A stretch of DNA of 64,000 nucleotides from the human T2T-CHM13v2.0 reference genome, Homo sapiens: the NCBI RefSeq assembly GCF_009914755.1, contig NC_060941.1, one strand, 5' to 3'. How positions within the stretch are numbered: position 1 is the first letter of the stretch; every line of letters starts with the position of its first letter. A program made the position numbers and the translations under genes. Below the pieces are notes generated by a model that worked only from the letters and a program-made list of their open reading frames with translations, was not told the origin of the DNA and searched no databases. Of the stretch, positions 9,522 through 21,529 are shown piece after piece.

Positions 9522-11644
9522 CTGGGTGGGAGGGAACAGAGGGCAGTGCTGTTAGCCTCAGGGTCGCCCCCTACCCGCTAATTCCGGAATCTTCTGTGAT
9601 GCCCCCCCCCCCGCTTCAGAGAGCATCAGGTAGGGCTGGCCGGACACAGGAATCAAGAGTTCAGGGCAGGTCAGGCCTCTGCGCCCTTAACCCTCACACC
9701 AACCCTCCTCTGCCCAAGAGGTCCTGGGCAAAGGGCTCCCCCACTTTGATGCCCACACCCGAACCAGCACCCCCCCAAGCCCCACCTCTGTGCTCAGGAG
9801 GCAGAAGCTCAGGGCTGCACCTCTGGCCCTCCCGCCCACGGCCTTGGGCCTGTGGCTCTGTGCGAAGCAAAGTGGACACGGGGATCCAGGGAAGACAAAC
9901 CAGCCCAAGCGAGGTGTGCGCCGACCTCATCCCTCCCGTCAGAAGCGCGGGATGCTAATGACCTCATTAAGATTCCGATAACGAGTGCCTCCGGCAGAAG
10001 GGAGGGCTCTTTCTTAAAGGCCAGGCACTAAACAGGGGGAGGGGCTGCGCCCTTGTTTACACAGCGGCAAATGAGCCAATTAGGGGCTGGGGGCGGGGGC
10101 GGGCCACCAAGGCCAGGGTGTGGCCAGGTTTGTGGCCACCTGGTGAACGCTGGGCTCCTCCCAGCTGAGCAGGTGGGCGTGGCCGGAGCAGCTTAGAGAA
10201 GCACCGCCTCCTCCTCGGAGTCTGGCTCCTGGCTGCCTCAATTTCCAAATAATGAATAAAGCCCATGGGCGGAGGCACCGGTCACTACAGCCACCAGGCT
10301 CCTGCCTGCAGGCCAGCCTAAGGGTGATCCACAGCTGGGGGCTGGATCTTCCCAGGCACTACCCAGCCCTCCACGGACGAGTGGGATGCCTCTCTAGTGT
10401 CTGCCAAAGTTGCAGCCCATTCCTGGGCCGGAAACGGGTTCCTCACAGACCCTAGCTACCACCCCCATGCCTCCTTGGACCAACCCTGGGGAGTTCTGAC
10501 ATGCCCCAGGGCGGGGGCCGGGGCCTGACTCTGAAGTTGCGTGGCATTGCGACAGCCTGCGTTTTAATTCTTCAGGGACCCATTATGCAACGTGGCATCA
10601 GCCGCTGACATGGTTACAGGGTGGTGAACTCCCAGGTGGAATGGGGCAGGATCCCAGCTACGTGCCCCCCCTGCATTGCGGGAGGGCAACTGCCCTGCCC
10701 CGCCGGTGGCTAGCTCAGAGGGTCTACAGTTTACAGTTTTAGCGCCAAACGCGCCACAGGAAATAGTGCAAAATAAAAGGGGGAGGAGAGATGGAAGGCA
10801 GCGGGGTGGCCGAGCTCCAAGGGCCCCGGCTGCTCCTCCCCTCCTCGCCCTTCCCCCTTCTACCCTCTCCGAAACAGAGAACCACAGCCACCGGCGACGA
10901 ACCCAGCTGCAGCAGCTGCAGCGTGACAAGCAACCGTGCGCACGAGGATGAGTCCCCCAGAAGAAGCCACCCCTCCACCACCAAGCAGCGCCCACCCCAG
11001 GCCCTTGGGCCAAGCCCCCCTGCCTTGAGGGTGGGTGGCCCTGCCCTGCCAAACAGCCCAGTGGGGTCCGGGGCGGGGGGCAACCCAGCACCCTATGGAA
11101 TCTACTCCTGACCAAGCTTAAATTCCCTGGGGTGTGCGGGTGCAGCTTTTAAGGCCATGTCAACTTTCCTCCAGCCGCCAACAGGTTAAGTTCAGTTCCA
11201 TGACGTCCGGGCGGTTTCACAATGCCAGCTCCCTCAGAGCTGCACCGCGAGGTGCTGGTGCCAAGCGGCCAGTGGCTGCAGGACAGCAACACCTAGGCTC
11301 CGGGGGTGGGGCTCCCAGGTTGCAACAGGAGGGGCCCCTGGGGAACCAGGCACAGCCCCAAGTTCTCCGGGCAGCTGCATGGCCACCCACACACACCCTT
11401 CCCAAACTTCCCCCAAAACCCAAGCCTGGCCTTCCCTGGCCTTGCCCCGCCCCCACCCCAAGCTGCAGCAACCGCCAAGGACGCTGGTTAGAGGAGCTGG
11501 GGCCGCAGCGTGCCCATCCAGGCCGGTTGGGGAGGGGGCTCCCACCAGCCCCCTCCACGCCCCTTTCCTATTGCTGCGTCGCCCACTTTGCCATTCCCAT
11601 ATACGGTCACGGGTGGCAGGCGGTGGCTGCGTGGGGGACGCTCA

Positions 11645-11941
<297 letters not shown>

Positions 11942-12819
11942 CTAGCAGTTTATTTTGCAGTTGTCAAGAATTTTAAGCATGTTACTGCGACATGTTCCAA
12001 AGCCACTTTGCTCACCAGGAACCCTGCGTGCAAAGCAGCCGAAATGCAAAGTCGCAGTCCCCCTCCTCTCCCCAGCCCCGAGTCCCCGCGAGGGCTTCAG
12101 CCGTTCTCCATTTGACCCCTAATCCGATAGCCAACAGCCAAGCGTCCCCCCCACACCCCCTCGTGGCCCAGGAGCCCGCTGTCACGGGCGAGCAAACCCC
12201 AAATACTCAGCAACACAAAAATATGCCTCCGTGTGTGTGTGTGAGTGTGCGTGTGCCTGCGCGTCTATCTCCATCCGGTGCCTTCGCATTTCAAATTAAA
12301 GAAAAAAAATTCTCCACCAAAAGCGCCGCAGTGACAGTTCCCAACATTTTCTGCCTTTCTTCTTCCCCTCCCTGCACCACTAGGAGGGAGAAGGCACACA
12401 ATTGCATTTTCGTCGCTTTTTAATTTTTTTTTTTTGGTTTTGCAATATGGAGCCGTTCGGTGGAGGGAAAGGGGAAAGGAGCCATTTTCTGCTGCACATC
12501 AGTCAGTGCCTGCGCCCTCCCTCCCTCCGCCGGCCTCCCCGGCTCGGCCCCGCGTCTCTCCAGCTCCTCCGGCTCCTTTTAGTGCATAAATTAGTGATGG
12601 CATTTCCCGGAGAGCGGAGCACAACACAGGGCGCCGGGCTCGGGCTCGGCGGCTCGGCTTCCCCAGTGCCTGCCACCGACTTCCCCACCCCCTCCTCCCT
12701 CCACCCCACCTCCACCCCGCCTCCCGTCCGCTCCCCCCACCCCCCCAGCAGCTCGGCGGGTCCGCGGCCCCGAGCCCCGCGCCTCGGCCCCCGGGCCCCC
12801 GCCCTCCGCCGCGACTTAC

Positions 12820-12863
12820 TTGGGCGACCAGCCTCTCCATTTCACCAGATACTCCACTCTGCC
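12820..12863 (-). CDS. CBX4: CBX4 coding exon 2 (GRVEYLVKWRGWSP-K; aromatic cage W32/W35)
   Basis: Acceptor cccccag| and donor AA|GTAAGT; 44 nt; YLVKWRGW chromodomain signature; intron 1 = 128 nt. Confidence 0.98.
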
Positions 12864-12991
12864 CTGGGGGGAAGAGACAGCACTCCATCAGCTTCCGCGG
12901 GATCCCCGGCCCGGCCCGCAGCCTCCCCACCCCCTCCCCGCCTCCTCGCGGGCCGCTCCGGCCGCCGCTCGCCGCCCCCGCGCCGCCCTAC

Positions 12992-13060
12992 CTTGCGGAT
13001 CCGCTTCTTCTCGATGCTCTCCACCGCGAAGACGTGCTCGCCAACAGCTGGCAGCTCCAT
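12992..13060 (-). CDS. CBX4: CBX4 coding exon 1 (MELPAVGEHVFAVESIEKKRIRK; start of chromodomain)
   Basis: ATG at 13060 in strong Kozak context (gccATGg); 69 nt; donor AAG|GTAGGG with GT at 12991-12990; peptide is the Polycomb-type chromodomain N-terminus. Confidence 0.98.
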
Positions 13061-13249
13061 GGCCGAGCCGGAGCGCGCCGGGGCGCTGGCGGCCGGCGCG
13101 GCTGCAGACGCTGCTAGCTCCCGCCGGCGCCCAGCTGCCGCCCCGGCCGAAGCGCCCCCGCCGCCGCCGCCGCTCGCCCCGCACAGCCCGGCCGGCCCGC
13201 CGCTGCCCGCGCCCGCCCCGGCTCCCGGCTCGCGCTCGCTCAGACAACT
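13061..13249 (-). other. CBX4: CBX4 5' UTR (putative, ~189 nt, very GC-rich)
   Basis: Initiator-like TCAGTT on minus strand (A at 13249) just downstream of a dense promoter motif cluster; no ATG between it and the CDS start. TSS is inferred, not observed. Confidence 0.65.
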
Positions 13250-13360
13250 GAGCCCGGGCCGCGGCTGCACAAGAACTCATGCAAATCCCGGACGTCAGCG
13301 GGCGGGGCCTCGCCGGGCCCAGCTCGGCGTCAGGGGGCGGGCCGCGGCGCGGATTGGCGC
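13246..13360 (-). promoter_or_regulatory. CBX4 TATA-less core/proximal promoter: Inr, octamer, CRE-like sites, GC boxes, CCAAT box
   Basis: Inr TCAGTT 13251-13246; ATGCAAAT 13279-13286; GGACGTCA 13290-13297; GGGCGGGG ~13300-13307; CGTCA ~13328-13332; GGGGCGGG ~13334-13341; ATTGG 13353-13357. Confidence 0.8.
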
Positions 13361-16300
13361 AGCCGGGCCTACCGGAGGCCCCGGGCCTGGGCGGCGGGGG
13401 GAGGAGGAAAGGGCGCGGGTGGGGGACGCGGAGGGGAGGGCGCCGGGGAGGTGCAGGGGGAGGGATCGGCGAGCCTGGGAGAGGGAGGCTGCAGAGAGGG
13501 AGCGGGACCGGGAAGGAGAGGTGTGTCCGCCGGGGCGGAGGCGGGCGGAGAGCTTGACAGCCCGGAAGGGTCTCGGCGGCGACCCCTCGCCCACATCCCG
13601 GTGCCCGGGCCTCCCCCTCGCGGCACGTTCTCAGTGTTCACGGCCCCGGGACCCCTGCTGGGGGCCACGGAAGCATCCGCCGCCGCTCCCAGTTGCACCG
13701 AATTGCGTCACCAGCGCCCCGGGACGCGCGGGCCCCGCCGGCAGGGGGCGGAATGGGGGCAGGGGCAGCTCGCGCCCCACTGCGGGCCCCGCCTCGCCTC
13801 CAGGCTCCGGGCATTTTGGAGCGCGAGGAGGGAAAGGGACAGGGCGGAGAGAAGGCCGAGGACTGGGTGCCAAGGAGAGATTGAAGAACGCACGAGGAAG
13901 GGGACCGAGGAGCAGCCAATCCCGGGGCCCTGGCGCCCAAGAACCTCGGCAGAAAGGGCTCCAAATCCGATCCCACCCCGATCCTCAATGGCTCCGAATT
14001 TACACTTGGTCCTCTTATTGACGGGGCGAGATGTCCTGTTTCTAGCAGCCTCCAGAGCCAAGCTAGGCGAGAGGCGTAGGAGGCAGAGAGAGCGGGCGCG
14101 GGAGGCCAGGGTCCGCTTGGGGGCCTGAGGGGACTTCGTGGGGTCCCGGGAGTGGCCTAGAAACAGGGAGCTGGGAGGGCCGGGAAGAGCTTGAGGCTGA
14201 GCGGGGGACGAACGGGCAGCGCAAAGGGGAGATGAACGGAATGGCCGAGGAGCCACGCATTCGCCTTGTGTCCGCGGACCCTTGTTCCCGACAGGCGACC
14301 AAGCCAAGGCCCTCCGGACTGACGCGGCCTGAGCAGCAGCGAGTGTGAAGTTTGGCACCTCCGGCGGCGAGACGGCGCGTTCTGGCGCGCGGCTCCTGCG
14401 TCCGGCTGGTGGAGCTGCTGCGCCCTATGCGGCCTGCCGAGGGCGCCGCCGAGGGCCCGCGAGCTCCGTGGGGTCGGGGTGGGGGGACCCGGGAGCGGAC
14501 AGCGCGGCCCGAGGGGCAGGGGCAGGGGCGCGCCTGGCCTGGGGTGTGTCTGGGCCCCGGCTCCGGGCTCTTGAAGGACCGCGAGCAGGAGGCTTGCGCA
14601 ATCCCTTGGCTGAGCGTCCACGGAGAAAGAAAAAGAGCAAAAGCAGAGCGAGAGTGGAGCGAGGGATGGGGGCGGGCAAAGAGCCATCCGGGTCTCCACC
14701 ACCGCCCTGACACGCGACCCGGCTGTCTGTTGGGGACCGCACGGGGGCTCGGGCGAGCAGGGGAGGGAGGAGCCTGCGCGGGGCTCGTGTTCGCCCAGGA
14801 ATCCCGGAGAAGCTCGAAGACGGTCTGGTGTTGAACGCACACGTGGACTCCATTTCATTACCACCTTGCAGCTCTTGCGCCACGGAGGCTGCTGCTGCCC
14901 GGCGGCTGCTACCCACCGAGACCCACGTGGCCCCTCCCCAGGGGTGTAGGGGTGACGGTTGTCTTCTGGTGACAGCAGAGGTGTTGGGTTTGCGACTGAT
15001 CTCTAACGAGCTTGAGGCGCAAACCTAGGATTCCCTGAGTGTTGGGGTGCGGCGGGGGGGCAAGCAAGGTGGGACGACGCCTGCCTGGTTTCCCTGACTA
15101 GTTGCGGGGGGTGGGGGCCGGCTCTCAGGGGCCACCAGAAGCTGGGTGGGTGTACAGGAAAATATTTTTCTCCTGCCGTGTTTGGCTTTTTCCTGGCATT
15201 TTTGCCCAGGGCGAAGAACTGTCGCGCGGGGCAGCTCCACCGCGGAGGGAGAGGGGTCGCGAGGCTGGCGCGGGAAGCGCTGTAGGTGGCAGTCATCCGT
15301 CCACGCCGCACAGGCCGTCTGCGCCGTCGGACCATCGGGAGGTCTGCAGCAACTTTGTCCCGGCCAGTCCCCTTGTCCGGGAAGGGGCTGAGCTTCCCGA
15401 CACTCTACCCTCCCCCTCTTGAAAATCCCCTGGAAAATCTGTTTGCAATGGGTGTTTCCGCGGCGTCCAGGTCTGGGCTGCCGGGGGAGGCCGAGCGGCT
15501 GCTGCAGCCTCCCTGCTGCCAGGGGCGTCGGACTCCGCTTCGCTCACTACGCCCAGGCCCCTCAGGGGCCCACGCTCAGGACTTCGGGGCCACACAGCAG
15601 GACCCGGTGCCCCGACGACGAGTTTGCGCAGGACCCGGGCTGGGCCAGCCGCGGAGCTGGGGAGGAAGGGGCGGGGGTCGGTGCAGCGGATCTTTTCTGT
15701 TGCTGCCTGTGCGGCGGCAGGAAGCGTCTTGAGGCTCCCCAAGACTACCTGAGGGGCCGCCCAAGCACTTCAGAAGCCCAAGGAGCCCCCGGCCACCCCC
15801 GCTCCTGGCCTTTTTGCCAACGACTTTGAAAGTGAAATGCACAAGCACCAGCAATTGACTTCCCTTCCGTGGTTATTTATTTTGTCTTTGTGGATGGTGG
15901 GCAGATGGGGAGAGAGGCCCCTACCTAACCTCGGTGGCTGGTCCCTAGACCACCCCTGCCAGCCGGTGTGGGGAGGAGCTCAGGTCCGCGGGAGAGCGAA
16001 TGGGCGCCAGGAGGTGGGACAGAATCCTGGGAAGGTACAGCGGACGCCCTGGAAGCTCCCCTGATGCCCCAGAGGGCCCTTCCTGGGAAACCTCCCGGGG
16101 GGGTGCCCCATACCATCCCACCCGGCTGTCTTGGCCCCTCCCAGGGAGCCGCAGGAGAAACTAGCCCTACACCTGGGATTCCCAGAGCCTTCTGCTGGGG
16201 CTCCTGCCCCCGACTTCGGATAACCAGCTCCGCACAGGTCCCCGAGAAGGGCCGCTGGCCTGCTTATTTGATACTGCCCCCTCCCAGACAGGGGCTGGTC

Positions 16301-19300
16301 GAGCCCCTGGTTCTGCTGCCAGACTGAAGCCTTCCAGACGCCACCTCGGTTTGGGCCCCCAGGGCCCTCAGGGGCCCCAGGAGAGGAGAGCTGCTATCTA
16401 GCTCAGCCACAGGCTCGCTCCTGGTGGGGGCCAGGCTGAAGGAGTGGACCCTGGAGAGGTGGGGAACCTTTTAACAGCCGTGGGCTGGAGGGTGGCTACT
16501 AAGTGTTCGGTCTGGGAAGAGGCATGACCCGCACCATCCCGGGGAAATAAACGACTTCTTAAGGGAATCTTCTCGCTGAGCGGGTGCTCTGGGCCAGGAG
16601 ATTGCCACCGCCAGCCCACGGAACCCAGATTTGGGCTCTGCCTTGAGCGGGCCGCCTGTGGCTTCCCGGGTCGCTCCCCCGACTCAGAAAGCTCTCAAGT
16701 TGGTATCGTTTTCCCGGCCCTCGGAGGTGGATTGCAGATCACCGAGAGGGGATTTACCAGTAACCACTACAGAATCTACCCGGGCTTTAACAAGCGCTCA
16801 TTTCTCTCCCTTGTCCTTAGAAAAACTTCGCGCTGGCGTTGATCATATCGTACTTGTAGCGGCAGCTTAGGGGCAGCGGAACTGGTGGGGTTGTGCGTGC
16901 AGGGGGAGGCTGTGAGGGAGCCCTGCACTCCGCCCCTCCACCCTTCTGGAGGAGTGGCTTTGTTTCTAAGGGTGCCCCCCCAACCCCCGGGTCCCCACTT
17001 CAATGTTTCTGCTCTTTGTCCCACCGCCCGTGAAAGCTCGGCTTTCATTTGGTCGGCGAAGCCTCCGACGCCCCCGAGTCCCACCCTAGCGGGCCGCGCG
17101 GCACTGCAGCCGGGGGTTCCTGCGGACTGGCCCGACAGGGTGCGCGGACGGGGACGCGGGCCCCGAGCACCGCGACGCCAGGGTCCTTTGGCAGGGCCCA
17201 AGCACCCCTCGGGGCCACACCGCCGCCCGCAGGGCCGCGCCTCCGCATTGCGGCACGCTGGGGTCGCAGGCGCCGAAGCGGGACGCGCTGTTTTCTACGA
17301 CGTCCGTCCCTCCCAACGTCAGGGCAGCCACCTCAGGCCCGCCCGGAGAAGCCCACCCGGCCCCCGGCCCCCACTCAGTCGCGAGGCCCCGCCGGCCTGG
17401 AGATCTGCGCCCCCGGGATCCATATTTCAAATATGATCTTTGGAACGGCTTCCACCGCCCGCCGCCGCCGCCGCCGCGCTCACAACGGCCTCGGCGCACT
17501 GTGTTTTTATTTGGGTTTCGTTTGCTCAAGGTCGCCCCGCGGCTCTCCCGTGCCCCTGAGGTTCACCCCTTCACGCCAGCCCCTGCGTTTTCCTCTCGGG
17601 TGTCCCCGTCGCGCCCCCAAACCCAGCGGGGCCCACTCGCAGGGCAGATTTCTTTCTTCCTTTTTCCAACCAAGAGCTGCTGCAGCAAGGCAGGGAATGA
17701 AATAAAAATCGCTAGGCGGACCCCGAAGTGGTCGTCAGCCGAAGCGCAACTGCCCCCCTCCAACTCGCTCCCCTGCGCCCCTCCCCCTCGGCTACTCCCC
17801 TCCCAGCTCCCAGCCTCGCGGCGCGCCGAGGGTTAAGCGCGCGCGCGAGGTGGGGGTATTTGGCTTGGGAGGGGGGCGAGAAAAGGGGGCGCCGAGCGCC
17901 GCTGGCGGAGAAGCTGGGCTCGCTCTAGTTCCCTCTCCCCAACCCCGGAGCCGAGGGGCGGCCCGATCGGAAGGGCCCGGCGCGTCTCCGCCTCCCCGGC
18001 TGGCCTGCAGCCTGGCCTGGCCGCGGCCCGGAACCGCGAGGACGCTGCTTGGAGGCCGCGTCCTGCGTAGCCCGAGAGGGGGAGGGGGCGGAGGCTCCGG
18101 AGCCGCGGCCGCGCGTCGCCCGCCAGCCGATCGATCCCCAAAGGCGGGAGCGCGGTGAACCCCGCCGGACACCTGGGGGGTCCCGATGCCTCTGCAGGAC
18201 TGAGGGGCGAACGGAGAGGGGCTCAGGGATCCTGTGGCCGTGGGATGGCGGCCGGCAGGGCCCAGCCGGACCGCAGCTTGGCCTGCACTGCAGGGCGGGT
18301 GGTAACACCTCGGGCACCCCCAAAATTCCATATTGTCTGCATGGGGCCCAGGCTTTGGACACTTCCGGAGCCGAGTCCGGTCGCAGTGCAACTTCATCCC
18401 TACCTGTCCAGCCCCCAACCCCACCCCCATCCCCGATGACGAGGTCGTGGGACGCGGTCACCCCAGTCTATCTGGTCGCCCCGCCCTCCTGAATCCTGGT
18501 AGAAATGTTCGGGTGTCCCCTCGACCCCACCTACGGGAAGATAACCCAGGTGTGCCCTAAAAGTCCCCTTCCCCAGCTTCTTCCAGAAGGCCGTTTCCTG
18601 AAGTGGTCCCTGGGGATGGCCCCTGAGGACCTCCCCCAGCCCCCCCGAGCCCCCAACCCCAGGGATCCCCCTTGGCTCCTCGCCTGCCAGTCCCGGGTGC
18701 CCAGGCAGGGCCCGGGCAGGGGCGCAGAGGAGCTTGCACTCGCCACGCCCTCCCCTAGGGGGCGGGCTCCCCCTGGCCGGTCCGGCAGCCCCTCCGCGCC
18801 TCTCCCGCAGGGGGGAAGGAGGTCCGGACGCGGGCAAAGCGGGGGTCTCGCTGCAATGAGAGATGGCCTGAAAAGCCCCGCACCCCCGCCTCCTGCACAC
18901 CCCGTCCCTTCCCCCTCCCCACGGCGGCCGGGCTGCTGCTTTCGTAGCCAGAAACAACCCGCTCCAGGGGACTTTGAACCTTGGGAGCCCCTGCGCCCTG
19001 AGCACGGAACAGGCCCCAGGGGTGCGGGCTATTGTCCCCGACGCGGGCCTCGTGCTCGGGGCCCTTCCACTCCCAGCGGGAAGTCCACACGAGCAGCACA
19101 CACATATCTTTTTATTTGAGAGTTTAAAAGGAAATCTGAGGTCCAGAGGATCACAGAGCCTCTTGTTCTGCTATCAAAGGACCAATAAGAAGCAAACTGA
19201 TATTACAGGGCAAATGTTCCCAGACAGCCCAGCCTGCTCCCCTTAGGAATGAGTGTCCCTGGAGGGGGAGAGCCTGGAACCAAAGCCCCGCCAGGAACTG

Positions 19301-19755
19301 CTTCCCCTAAACTGAGGTTCTCTGAAAAAAATGTTCGCCTGGCTGATAAAGCCGCCTCTTAACAGAGCCCAGACACTTCTGTGCTTCCCCTGGGTTGCTA
19401 ATTGAGGACACTAAAGCCCTAAGAGATACCCCAGGTCGGGGGAAGGGGCCCCAAGACCTAGACCTCCGGTGGCGACCATGCCCTTGAGAGGATGGGAGCT
19501 GAATTGGAGCACGAGATTATTTATCATCGCTGGATGAAGCTCCAGCTAGAGCTCAGTATTTCCTCTTTTTCTGGGCTCAGACAGACACAGACTGGAAGGA
19601 ATCCTGTCCGTGTGGCTGTGGGAGTGTTCAGTTGATAAAGGGCATGTGTGGTGCAGGGGTGGGGCCAGCCCTGTGCTCTTCTGGGTGGGGCCCCTCTCCA
19701 TCAGGCCCAGGAGGCTCCGTGCAGGGCCCATGAAAATGTTCTAGTAAAAAAGAAT

Positions 19756-20495
<740 letters not shown>

Positions 20496-20522
20496 ATAAT
20501 TTATTTTAAAATCAGAAGAAAC

Positions 20523-21529
<1,007 letters not shown>

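Larger units (their letters stand above)
12400..19100. promoter_or_regulatory. Large CpG island domain spanning CBX4 exons 1-2, promoter and ~5.8 kb upstream
   Basis: Sustained very high GC with abundant CpG; densest at ~12.5-14.8 kb and ~17.0-18.3 kb. Confidence 0.85.

Noticed and set aside
12888-13280. Out-of-frame upstream ATG (13280) as an overlapping uORF
   Set aside because: Lies upstream of the inferred TSS (13249), overlapping the octamer motif; relevant only if minor upstream starts exist.
12402-19119. Many long Pro/Arg/Gly/Ala-rich ORFs including 539 aa (12402..14021)
   Set aside because: Stop codons are depleted in CpG-island DNA; low complexity, overlapping in all six frames, many with non-ATG starts.
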